The notes under the pieces are model-generated. The model searched no databases and was not told where the DNA came from. It worked only from the letters and a program-made list of their open reading frames with translations. A DNA stretch of 64,000 nucleotides, taken from positions 220,382 to 284,381 of the forward strand of contig JAAVHS010000015.1 in the NCBI GenBank assembly GCA_014799575.1, read 5' to 3'. Of the stretch, positions 44,416-53,547 are shown piece after piece; within the stretch, counting starts at the first letter, position 1, and each line of letters opens with the position of its first letter. The translations under genes and the position numbers were made by a program. Source of the stretch: Clostridiales bacterium. Its GTDB lineage: Bacteria; Bacillota; Clostridia; Christensenellales; UBA3700.

Positions 44416-47400
44416 TTACGCCGTGTAAACGACTACTACTCTGATAGTCTTTGTCTGCGCGATATCTCCGCTACATACCGTAATAGTTACGTCTGTGCCG
44501 TAATCGTAAATATCGTCATAGCTTACCGACTCGTTGTTTCTTGCTATATAGCCGTCGCTCGTGCTTTGCAAGTTGTAATACTCGAAGTTGACAGTCGACA
44601 AATCAATCGTACACTCGTATATACCTGTCGTGCCGTCCTTAAACATTACTTCGATATTGCGCGTAAGCGACTTTGTCAATCTCTGCTCTTCGGTGAGATT
44701 GCTTCCGCCGAAGTCAATCATGATGTAGTATTCTTCGGAGCCTACGTAATCGACTTCCTTAGCGATTACGTTGACGTTGACTCTGAACATTCTGTCGTTG
44801 CTTGCGTCCAAAGCCTTAGCGTACATCTTGACTAAGTAAGTATCGGTCATCGCATAGTTGATTTCCGTCAAATCCCACTCAACGCGGACTCTGAAGTATT
44901 CTCTTACTACCGCCGATACAATCGTGTAGTTGGCAGCGTCTCTTGCGAAGAAGTCTGCAACTTCGTCCAAAGACTTCATCTTGGAAGTCTGCTCGGCAGT
45001 CTGATTGTTTCTGATATACGTTACCTCGTACTGTACGTAGGTATCGAATTCGCTCGACACGTTGCCCGACGCTCTATTCACGCTACCGATTAGTTTGATA
45101 TCGTTGTAATCGCTGTAATCGATAGTAGCGATTTGCTTGTAGAGGTAAGCCGTATCCGCGAAGTTGGAGTATATTCTGCTTCCGTCTTCAGCGGTCGTGT
45201 ACTTGTACGGGTCGATATCAACGTTATCAACCGCGCTTTGCAAGTTGGTACGCTCTAAGACTTCAACGTCGACGACGTATTGATAATCTTGCGAAACTCT
45301 TATCGTCGCTTGATACTTACCGCCGTTCATCGTGATGAGATTTCTATCGAAGATCCAATTCACGTCGAGTTCGGACCTATTGCCGTTGTTGTATACCATC
45401 GTTACGGTTCTCGGGAACGGGTCTACTCCGTAGTAGAGATACTGTATCGGGTCGATATAGAAGACTGCTCCGCCGTTGTGGCTCTTGCTGTATTCGCTAC
45501 CTGCAATCGCCAAGCCGTCAGGAACGAGGTTTTCTACTTTTACGTTCACGTATACTGTCTGCTCCAAGTCGCCCGTAATCATATCTTTAAGATTTTGATT
45601 CTCCGTTGCGTCAAAACCGATCTTGACTTGCAACTGAGCCACTCTGCTCGAATAGTCGGTGACGTTGAGTCTATCGATACCAATCCACTGTATCGGCATC
45701 TTACGTACCGTGCCGTTGGTGAACAATACGTTCGCCTCGCTCGGATAAATATCTTGCGGCGTCAAGCCGTTCTCGATATCGAGCAAGTATTCAAACGGGT
45801 CAATGAAGTACGTCGTCTGCGTGAGAGCGTCGTCGAAGTAGATTGCTTGAACTTCGTTTCTCATTACGACCAACTTCGTATCGAACTTCCAAGTGAAGTT
45901 GCCGTTGTACTTATCGTTGTCGAGATATACGCTGATTTCCGTATTATTCGAATTGTTGTCGTTATCCCAACCGAAGTCAACGCCGCGGTATTGCTCCGCA
46001 TCCCATCTGATGAAGACTTCTTCCGCTTCGAGATTGTAGTTGTCAATCATCGTAACTTCTTCGCCCTTTTCATTGATATAGGCGTAGGTGTCGGAGTAAC
46101 TAGCCATAGCGCTGGACGGGAACGGATTGAAGCTCTCGTCTCCCGTAATAACGTACATATAGTATTGATACGGGTCGATTCTGAGAGTATCCTCTTCGCC
46201 GTTTACCGTCAAGTGAACTACTTTCTTGGTTCTTATCCATACCATAAACCTTACGGTCTGCAAAGTGCTTCCGCTGCCTATAGTATTGGTCACTATGAAC
46301 GCAGTGCCGTTTACGTCTCTCGAATAGCCGTCTTCTTCGATTACTCTCGAATAGAACGCGTCAACAGCCTGCTCGTCATACTGCCAATCGCCGTTGACCA
46401 AAATGCTGTCCGCTCTTCCGTCAACGTACTTGAAGAAGAATCTATCAGATACGTAGTCCATTACGCTCGAATCTGCAGTGAGTTCGTAGTCGTAGAGGTC
46501 TATTATCAATCTCGGTACGTCGTCGATTGCGCTGATTGCATCGCCGTTTACGATTGCCGAGGTCACGGTCGAATCAAGGTAAGTGACCTCTACTTGCATA
46601 TCCTCTTGCGTCGTTCTCGGGAAGTGTACCGTTGCGTTGACCGTGTGCTCTTTGTACTGCGTAGGCTCTAAGCCCGTGAATTGCAAGTAGTCCGTGCTTA
46701 TCTTTCTCGTCGTCTCGTCTTTCATTACTACCGTGATGAAGTCAGGCATTGGATCGTAGACGTGCATGGAGAACGGTTCTACTCTCAAGATTCCATTGCC
46801 GAGACCGAGAGATTCGATTTCGATATCCATCGTTCTCGTCGTCGTGCCGAATCTCGCTCTCGCCTGAATTACGTAAGTACCTTTTTGACTCAATACGCCA
46901 AGTTCGCCCGTTGTCACAGGAGTGGTCGGATAGTTGTTGATGCTACCGTCGGTCGGATACGTATGCTCGCTACCGTCGCGAGTGTACGACTTCATATAGA
47001 AGGAAACGTTTGCCTTGATGATGTCGCCGCTTGCGCCGTCTTGGAAACTTGCCTTCTTGTCTTTGAAGTACCTATTATAGATATCTTGTACGCCTACCGA
47101 GTCGTTTGCGTAGATATAAGGCGTGTATTCGATTTGCGCCGGGATATCCGTCCACGTCACCAAACCTTGTTGTTTGTCTATAGCGATGTCCTTATCGCCG
47201 ACGGCTTTGAACATATTGTATATCCAAATCTCCGTATAATTGTCAGCGCCTCTTGCCGACGTATCTTTAGAGTAAGCAAGTTTGCCGTCGTAATCATATA
47301 TATCTTCCTTATCGTCGTAACCGGTGACGTAGACATTAGCAAACGTACCGTCAACGAAGTTGAGACCGACGTTGAACTCGTTGAATACCGCAAACGGAAG

Positions 47401-50400
47401 GATTGAAGAGATAAGCACCTTACGCAAGTTGTCAATGACGCCCGATGCCAATCCTGATATGTCAATGTCCATGTTTGCAAATTGTTTTAGAACGTCGCGG
47501 AGAATAGGCTTCAACGCTTTATCTAGAAGAGAATTCCAGAAGGTGTCTTTCGTCTCTCTGTCCCAAACGACGTCGGAGAGATAGTCGCCTCTAAACATAT
47601 CTATCGTCGACAAATCGAGGATAGACTTTTGACCCGTTCCGCCTGAGAATACCTTGGACAATACGTCGTCAATCAACTTATTGATTGTGTATGGGTCGAA
47701 TCCTACGTTGACGTTGAAGTTGCCGTTGGATGAGAGAGTAACATCGATACCCGCGCTGAGAAGCTTGGTTATATCGAGGTTAGCGGCTATATCGTCAAAC
47801 GGTCCCGGCTCGCCAGGAGTTTCTTCACCGTCTCCGTCCGCCGTAGCAAGCGCTTGCGTTGAAGTTGCCGCTGCGCTCAATCCGTCGAATACGTCGTCAA
47901 GTTGCGTGAAGAGCCCTTCAAGCATACCGCCCAACATATCGAGCAAATCCATATCGAAATTGATTGCTCCGACGATATCGCCTATATCGATTTTGGTTAC
48001 GAGAATGTTAACTGCTGCGACACCCGTACAAATTCTGAGTTCCATTTGACCCGAAGGCTTCGTGTAGTCAAGCGTCAAGTAAATGACAGGAGTTTGGCTA
48101 CCTTCCTTATTGTTGTTGTAACGCGTGCCGTCAATTGCGTATATGCCGACGATAATCGAGCCCGGAGTCACTCTCGGATTGCCCTTAGCGCCGGTGAGTC
48201 TGTCGTTGGCGCCTGCTTTCCAAATTCTTATTCTCAAATAGCCCGGTTGACCGCCGTTCATGCCTTGCGCGTCTGCGGTGTTGTTGGCAATGTCAAGCGT
48301 TAGACCCAAATCAAGGTTGTCAAGCATCGTTTGAGCAAGAACTCTTCCTGCGCTAGCGTCCCATTCAGGGATAGAATTATATTTATCAATAGTTATTGTA
48401 GACGAATCCGATTTTCCCATTTGAAGTTCGAGATTTGCGTCTAACGTGATGTCCTCAACTCCGATTTGAAGTCTCAACATATCTTCGAGTTGTTCGCTGA
48501 ACAAGTCAAGGCTACCCGCAACAGTGAAGTCAATTCCCAAGTTGAGGTCCAAGAGCTCGTAGAGCAAGGTGTTGATAAGCGTAGAGGTGAAGTTGAGACC
48601 GATACCGGTATCCTTAAGGTTTACGCCTTGAAGTATGTATTTTACCAAATCCAAAACTTCGAGGTCTTCGCCTATCATGGATACGTTGTCGTCAGTCGCA
48701 ATCTCGCCTTCGGTCGAACCGCCTGCGCCCGGCAAGGTCGGAAGTCCTGCGTTGCCAAGCAAGTCGCTGATAATTTGGTTCAAATCCATACCTTCGATTT
48801 GTCCGACGTATCCTTGGATAATACCGAAGATGTTGGATACAAGGTTGGTATTTACAAGTTTTGCGCTGAACAAGCCGAGACCTTCAAGGTCGATGACGAA
48901 GTTGTTTCTATATACGTATACGCCCAAAAGCGCCTTGCCTCTGTATTGCAATTCTAGCTTGATTGCGCTTCTAGCGGACGAATCAAGGTCAAGATCCCAT
49001 TGCAACATCAACTTAACGTCTGTCTGCCATTCGTCAAGGCTGAGGTTGATAGGAATTTCCAATCTCTTGCCCAAGTTGGCAAGAACGTTGTTGATTAGTC
49101 TTTGCAAATCCATTACGTTGTCTTTCGTATACAACGTGAGGTCAAGAGCAAACGTGCCCGCGCCTACGACGTCCAAGATTGCATCAACCAAATCGGATCT
49201 GTATTTGTTGAAGTCGTCTACCTTTGCGGTAAAGTCATATTTCTTTGAATCGGGGATTGCGCCGACTACGACCGGATAACTCGGCGTGCCCATCTCAAAC
49301 AAGAGGTGGAAGCCTGTGTCTTTTCCGTAACGTGTCGTATCTGTATCTCTTTCATCATAAGCCTGATAATTATACTTTCTGGTCACGTAACCGTTGGGGT
49401 TTCCTTCACTCTGCTTTTGATATACAATCTTCTTGCCGTTCTCGTCGTGAGTAGGAAGTTGATTGCCTTGAGCGTCATAGTAGAAGATGCAGACGCTGTC
49501 CTTCTGTTTACCCGTCAACGGGTCTATAGGATACTCATACATTACGGGAACCAAATTGCCTGTAAAGTTGAATGAGAAGCCGTCCGTTTTGCCCATAGAT
49601 ACGACCAAGTTTACTTCCATAAGATTGAGCGCTTCTCTATAGTCGTCGATAAGACCGGGGCTGACCAAATCTATGACTCTCAAAACCGTCGCCATAGAGA
49701 TTACCGGAGCAATCGCCTCGCTGTTTACGCCAAGGATAATCGAGCTGATTTGTTCCTGCGACGTCGAAGCGCCGTTTCCGTCTGCCAATGCAACCGCAGC
49801 AGTCGCAGGCGCCGAGGACAAGCCGAGAAGTCCGCCCAAATCGAAGTCGAATACGAGGTCTCCGCCCTCGATACTCATGGACTCGAGCAACTGAGCGACT
49901 ACGCCGTCAATAATCGAATATACCACGCTGGAGAAGTTCAAATCGAATTTGAGTTTCGGCAACGTAATATTTGCTATCTTAAGTCCTGCTAAATCTATAT
50001 ATATACTGTTTTTATATCCATATATACCTATCAATACTGTATCTTTCGCGAACTTGATACCCTCTGCGCCTTGACCGATTTGCAAGTCTTCGTCCATCTT
50101 CAACTCAAACACCAAAGTGCTGTTGTCGGGATTGTTTCTGTCAAGAGAGATTTGTACGTTGATAGACATATCCATTACGAAGTCGTCGGTAAATTCCCAA
50201 ATAATGTCCGCATCTGCAAACTGCGGCAAACCGAAGCTTGCTACAAGCGGAGCGAAATTGTATTTGCCTTGATTGAACGTCATCGAGAAGTGCGTGCTGA
50301 GGATAATACCCGAAAGCAACGTGTCTATAAGTCCGTTCAAAGACGATGCGTAATTCGTGTTGTCTTTATTTATTCCGTTTTCAATACGGTCGCCAAGTTC

Positions 50401-52293
50401 CAAGTCCTCAATGCCTATTAAGAACTTATGTATCTTTAATTCTACTTCAAGGTCGGAAGACACGGTGGTGTTGACCGCAATGCTTTCAATACCGCCCTCA
50501 AATAGGTTGATTGAGAGGTCAATTTCAGGTATCATACTCGGAAGTCTGAAATCAATCTTTTGTCCAATCAATTTCTCTATTGCTTCAAACAAAGTATCAT
50601 TTGCGACAATAGTAATTTTGCTGCCTTCGATTCTAACGCAGTTTTGGAAACCTACGATTGAAAGAACGGAAGTGATAATGTTCTTAAATCCCGCGCTGAT
50701 AACGTAATTGCCCTGCTCATCCATGGAGTAGCTGACTACGTTTGCGTTTGCGGTCGAAAGTATCTTGTTGGCGTCTTCAATCGAAGCCGTAGCGATAGAA
50801 CCGTCGTCATTGATTTTCATGCCCGAATTTTGGACTATATCTTGGAAATCCAAGCCGAGCGCGCCGTCAATCGCGGTGGTAATCATATCAACCAACGCGC
50901 TGATAAGCGTATCAAGGTTGACGTTTGCTTTAATGTTTACGTTATGCATATAGCTCGGCAACAATCCGTCGAGGTTAACGTAGAGGCTTCCCTCGATGTA
51001 ATAGATGCCGGCGCACGGCTTAGCATTTTCGCCGTCCGCAAGGCTACCGTCCTGATTGAGCAAGAACATCTCTATTGCGATTCTGTTGTTGTCTTCAGGC
51101 GCCTTTTTATAATTTAAATCCAAATCGATAGTGACGGTAAGTCTAAGTCCCGTACCGCCTTCAAGTAATAGTAAATCTCTCGGGAACACGATGTCGTCGT
51201 TGCCGATAAGTTGCAAGATGTCGTTTACTACAACACCTACGTCAAGACGCTTTTGCTGTACCACAGGATTGCCTTGAGCGTCCAAAACGGTCTCCATCTT
51301 CGTGCCTACCAAAAGGTCAATGGAGAATTCTATATTTGTAAGAGAGAATTTGACAAGTTCCGTCTCGTCGATTTCAGGAATGTTCGTATCGACTGCGGTG
51401 GTCGTGACGTCCAAAGTCACGCCTATGTTCATTTCTTTATTATTCGCGCTGTCGTTGATGTTCAATCCAAGATACGTCAACTTCTTGTTGGCGTCAAAAT
51501 TGGAATACATCTTGTAATTGCCCTCAGGTAAAAGACCCGCGACAAATGCGACAATCGCCTCTAAATCGACAGGCAAGCCACTCAAATCTACGCCAAAGCT
51601 TCCCAACATACCGAATACGGACGGCACTTGGTCGAGAAGCGACTTAATGTCGACGTCAATCGTAAAGTTTTGACCTCCGTCAGCGGTCTTATCCATCTTG
51701 ATGTTTTTGAAGAGCGCGCCCAACACAATGTCAATAAGACGCTGATACTGTCCTAAATTGATACCGTCGAGAAGTCCGCCGAGCATGCCGACGCCGCTTT
51801 CTGCGAGCTGTATTATGTAGTTGAGATTGAAATCTTCAAGATAGAGCAAAGGCTTGTCAGGACCTAAATCGGCATACGCCTTGTCATTGACAAGATATAT
51901 GGCGAAGACCTTTTCTCTTTCCTCTTGCTCTGCAAGCGACTGGTAGACGATAAACGACAACTCGTTGTTGTACTCGTCATAGAGGTTGCCTTTGAGCTCA
52001 ATTATCGTATCTTTGCCGTCAGGCGCAGTGTAGACTAGCCCGAAATCTAGACCGAGAACTTTCTCAGACGTTCCCACTCCGTCGGCAATCATATTGAAGA
52101 CGTCCATGATTTTGTATCTGGTCGTCGTCGGATTGGTCGTGGTCGGGCCATCGCTCGGATCATCCGATGGCGGCGTGGCTGGTTTGGTTGGCGTTACCGG
52201 CTTTTCTTCGTCGCATCCGGCGAAGACCGCCACCAAAGAAACCAACAGCACCACAACTATTAACAGGGTTGTAATCAATTTGGATTTTTTCAT
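44416..52293 (-). CDS. Giant lipoprotein 1 (2625 aa) of unrecognised family: lipobox, P/T/D linker, ~1700 aa of repeated modules, ~800 aa of Ig-sized modules
   Basis: AGGAGAGGG SD. MKKSKLITTLLIVVVLLVSLVAVFAGC (lipobox FAGC), then PATPPSDDPSDGPTTTNPTTT. Recurrent motif G[IV]Y......[YF][IV][DN]L.GL at aa 131, 429, 756, 1124. IDPxxY modules at aa 1930-2365. My residue count closes at exactly 2625. Confidence 0.85.
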   Translation of the reverse strand: MKKSKLITTLLIVVVLLVSLVAVFAGCDEEKPVTPTKPATPPSDDPSDGPTTTNPTTTRYKIMDVFNMIADGVGTSEKVLGLDFGLVYTAPDGKDTIIELKGNLYDEYNNELSFIVYQSLAEQEEREKVFAIYLVNDKAYADLGPDKPLLYLEDFNLNYIIQLAESGVGMLGGLLDGINLGQYQRLIDIVLGALFKNIKMDKTADGGQNFTIDVDIKSLLDQVPSVFGMLGSFGVDLSGLPVDLEAIVAFVAGLLPEGNYKMYSNFDANKKLTYLGLNINDSANNKEMNIGVTLDVTTTAVDTNIPEIDETELVKFSLTNIEFSIDLLVGTKMETVLDAQGNPVVQQKRLDVGVVVNDILQLIGNDDIVFPRDLLLLEGGTGLRLTVTIDLDLNYKKAPEDNNRIAIEMFLLNQDGSLADGENAKPCAGIYYIEGSLYVNLDGLLPSYMHNVNIKANVNLDTLISALVDMITTAIDGALGLDFQDIVQNSGMKINDDGSIATASIEDANKILSTANANVVSYSMDEQGNYVISAGFKNIITSVLSIVGFQNCVRIEGSKITIVANDTLFEAIEKLIGQKIDFRLPSMIPEIDLSINLFEGGIESIAVNTTVSSDLEVELKIHKFLIGIEDLELGDRIENGINKDNTNYASSLNGLIDTLLSGIILSTHFSMTFNQGKYNFAPLVASFGLPQFADADIIWEFTDDFVMDMSINVQISLDRNNPDNSTLVFELKMDEDLQIGQGAEGIKFAKDTVLIGIYGYKNSIYIDLAGLKIANITLPKLKFDLNFSSVVYSIIDGVVAQLLESMSIEGGDLVFDFDLGGLLGLSSAPATAAVALADGNGASTSQEQISSIILGVNSEAIAPVISMATVLRVIDLVSPGLIDDYREALNLMEVNLVVSMGKTDGFSFNFTGNLVPVMYEYPIDPLTGKQKDSVCIFYYDAQGNQLPTHDENGKKIVYQKQSEGNPNGYVTRKYNYQAYDERDTDTTRYGKDTGFHLLFEMGTPSYPVVVGAIPDSKKYDFTAKVDDFNKYRSDLVDAILDVVGAGTFALDLTLYTKDNVMDLQRLINNVLANLGKRLEIPINLSLDEWQTDVKLMLQWDLDLDSSARSAIKLELQYRGKALLGVYVYRNNFVIDLEGLGLFSAKLVNTNLVSNIFGIIQGYVGQIEGMDLNQIISDLLGNAGLPTLPGAGGSTEGEIATDDNVSMIGEDLEVLDLVKYILQGVNLKDTGIGLNFTSTLINTLLYELLDLNLGIDFTVAGSLDLFSEQLEDMLRLQIGVEDITLDANLELQMGKSDSSTITIDKYNSIPEWDASAGRVLAQTMLDNLDLGLTLDIANNTADAQGMNGGQPGYLRIRIWKAGANDRLTGAKGNPRVTPGSIIVGIYAIDGTRYNNNKEGSQTPVIYLTLDYTKPSGQMELRICTGVAAVNILVTKIDIGDIVGAINFDMDLLDMLGGMLEGLFTQLDDVFDGLSAAATSTQALATADGDGEETPGEPGPFDDIAANLDITKLLSAGIDVTLSSNGNFNVNVGFDPYTINKLIDDVLSKVFSGGTGQKSILDLSTIDMFRGDYLSDVVWDRETKDTFWNSLLDKALKPILRDVLKQFANMDIDISGLASGVIDNLRKVLISSILPFAVFNEFNVGLNFVDGTFANVYVTGYDDKEDIYDYDGKLAYSKDTSARGADNYTEIWIYNMFKAVGDKDIAIDKQQGLVTWTDIPAQIEYTPYIYANDSVGVQDIYNRYFKDKKASFQDGASGDIIKANVSFYMKSYTRDGSEHTYPTDGSINNYPTTPVTTGELGVLSQKGTYVIQARARFGTTTRTMDIEIESLGLGNGILRVEPFSMHVYDPMPDFITVVMKDETTRKISTDYLQFTGLEPTQYKEHTVNATVHFPRTTQEDMQVEVTYLDSTVTSAIVNGDAISAIDDVPRLIIDLYDYELTADSSVMDYVSDRFFFKYVDGRADSILVNGDWQYDEQAVDAFYSRVIEEDGYSRDVNGTAFIVTNTIGSGSTLQTVRFMVWIRTKKVVHLTVNGEEDTLRIDPYQYYMYVITGDESFNPFPSSAMASYSDTYAYINEKGEEVTMIDNYNLEAEEVFIRWDAEQYRGVDFGWDNDNNSNNTEISVYLDNDKYNGNFTWKFDTKLVVMRNEVQAIYFDDALTQTTYFIDPFEYLLDIENGLTPQDIYPSEANVLFTNGTVRKMPIQWIGIDRLNVTDYSSRVAQLQVKIGFDATENQNLKDMITGDLEQTVYVNVKVENLVPDGLAIAGSEYSKSHNGGAVFYIDPIQYLYYGVDPFPRTVTMVYNNGNRSELDVNWIFDRNLITMNGGKYQATIRVSQDYQYVVDVEVLERTNLQSAVDNVDIDPYKYTTAEDGSRIYSNFADTAYLYKQIATIDYSDYNDIKLIGSVNRASGNVSSEFDTYVQYEVTYIRNNQTAEQTSKMKSLDEVADFFARDAANYTIVSAVVREYFRVRVEWDLTEINYAMTDTYLVKMYAKALDASNDRMFRVNVNVIAKEVDYVGSEEYYIMIDFGGSNLTEEQRLTKSLTRNIEVMFKDGTTGIYECTIDLSTVNFEYYNLQSTSDGYIARNNESVSYDDIYDYGTDVTITVCSGDIAQTKTIRVVVVYTA

Positions 52294-52337
52294 TTTCCCT
52301 CTCCTAATTAGCGTAATTTGCGCTTTCTTATATTCTA

Positions 52338-52366
52338 AATATATTCCTTTTCGCGCCGAAAGTCAA
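52338..52366 (-). promoter_or_regulatory. Sigma-A-type promoter of the giant-gene operon
   Basis: On the minus strand: TTGACT (52366-52361), 17-nt spacer, TATATT (52343-52338). This predicts a leader of about 35 nt before the ATG at 52293. Confidence 0.55.
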
Positions 52367-52427
52367 GGGGTAAAAAGCATAAATTTTAATTCGCATATAT
52401 AAAAAGGCCGTCCAAATTATGGAAATT

Positions 52428-52461
52428 GCCGTTTTTCGCAGCCGTTTTTCGCCCGAAAAAC
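52428..52461. repeat. Tandem 12-mer GCCGTTTTTCGC x2 (13-nt period) overlapping an 8-bp hairpin
   Basis: Copies at 52428-52439 and 52441-52452. GTTTTTCG (52444-52451), CC, CGAAAAAC (52454-52461). Confidence 0.6.
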
Positions 52462-52486
52462 ACAAGATATAGCGGCTTTTTTGTCG

Positions 52487-52541
52487 ATTTTACACTATTG
52501 AAAGCGCCCTCTTGCTTAGAATATTTTACAAAGATTTTACA
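52487..52541. repeat. Three copies of the octamer ATTTTACA (TGTAAAAT on the operon strand)
   Basis: Copies at 52487-52494, 52523-52530 and 52534-52541. The last two are 11 bp apart. All lie 120-175 bp upstream of the operon -35. Confidence 0.6.
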
Positions 52542-52555
52542 TTAGGCACTCATTG

Positions 52556-52581
52556 CGACCGCGCATTGCTATACGCGGTCG
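52556..52581 (-). terminator. GC-rich hairpin after the NlpC/P60 gene (atypical terminator candidate)
   Basis: 8-bp stem CGACCGCG/CGCGGTCG with a 10-nt loop. No T-tract on the minus strand. Confidence 0.35.
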
Positions 52582-52650
52582 GTTTCCCTATTTTATCCAT
52601 ATAATTATTTTCATAAATATAACTATTATGTCCATAGAATTCTCTTGCGA

Positions 52651-53547
52651 CTACACAAATCGTTTTGCTGTAATGAAATAACCCCACCTCGTCGCGCTGA
52701 TTTCTTCGATCACCGCATGGTCGGAAGCGGTATGCAATATGTAATTATTGCCCAAATACAACGCCACGTGCCCCACTCTTTCGATGCCGGTATTATTACG
52801 CCTACTTGCATTGGTAAAAAACATTACGTCGCCTCTTTGCAAATCGCCGTTCGCTACCGTCTTACCCTGCAAAACCTGCGTACGGGTATTCATATCAAGC
52901 AATATTCCGCCTCCCTTATAGAATATGTATTGCATAAGAGCCGAGCAGTCGTATTCGCCTTGAACGAAGTTGGTGTTGAGCACGCCGTTGCCCCAGTGAT
53001 AGCGTTGAGAGCCCCAAACGTACGGATAACCCATAAGTTCTTCGCCAATCGAAATGATTTTCTCGATTTTCTCGCTGTCAGACTGCTTAAAATTGACTAT
53101 ATGAGCGTAATTCTTGCCCGCATAGACGTATGCGACGCGTTGTTTATAAACCGTTTTGTACCAACCGTTGACGCTCCCTTCATAGCGCAACATGTCGTTT
53201 TTGTCCATACTTCCGACTATCGAAGCGCCGCTGTTCGGCGCGGAACGAATGTTCAAACCTTGCGCGTCACTGACAATCATAGACGAATATTTGACCTGCG
53301 GCGCGACAACCTGCGGAGTTCCGACATTGACAGTCGGAGTTTCATCCTTCTTATCATCCGGCGCGCTTGGCAAGTCGACTTCGGGCGGAATTTCCCTATC
53401 CAAATGGAAATTATCCCAATTCGCTGACCAATCGCTCGAAAAATCTCCTTTATCCTCAACGTCGCCGCCCTGACACGCCGCAAACGAGCATACCGTGAGC
53501 GTACATACCATAATTATCCCCATCAAAGTCGTAATAAATTTTTTCAT
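52651..53547 (-). CDS. NlpC/P60 cell-wall endopeptidase lipoprotein with an SH3b domain
   Basis: Lipobox FAAC. SH3b-like LNIRSAPNSGASIVGSMDKNDMLRYEGSVNGWYKT. NlpC/P60 Cys box YDCSALMQYIF and His box GHVALYLG. AAAGGAGG SD. Confidence 0.85.
   Translation of the reverse strand: MKKFITTLMGIIMVCTLTVCSFAACQGGDVEDKGDFSSDWSANWDNFHLDREIPPEVDLPSAPDDKKDETPTVNVGTPQVVAPQVKYSSMIVSDAQGLNIRSAPNSGASIVGSMDKNDMLRYEGSVNGWYKTVYKQRVAYVYAGKNYAHIVNFKQSDSEKIEKIISIGEELMGYPYVWGSQRYHWGNGVLNTNFVQGEYDCSALMQYIFYKGGGILLDMNTRTQVLQGKTVANGDLQRGDVMFFTNASRRNNTGIERVGHVALYLGNNYILHTASDHAVIEEISATRWGYFITAKRFV

Noticed and set aside
32396-52402. Dozens of plus-strand ORFs (e.g. 45280-46671 at 463 aa, 33184-34029 at 281 aa, 37873-38553, 44299-44835, 46681-47406) inside the giant-gene region.
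   Set aside because: All lie antisense to three uninterrupted ORFs of 6-8 kb, whose length alone is overwhelming evidence of coding. The antisense products are low-complexity (R/V/F/I-rich) and fragmentary.
52428-52541. A possible CRISPR array or minisatellite, suggested by the tandem GCCGTTTTTCGC and the repeated ATTTTACA.
   Set aside because: There are only two 12-mers with a 1-nt spacer, and three 8-mers. There are no spacer-sized unique segments and no cas genes in the window. These are better treated as regulatory repeats.
32059-52650. A diversity-generating retroelement or an invertible-promoter phase-variation switch controlling the giant surface proteins.
   Set aside because: There is no reverse transcriptase or site-specific recombinase. 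I saw no template/variable repeat pair. No long inverted repeats flank the promoter; only 8-10 bp imperfect ones are present.
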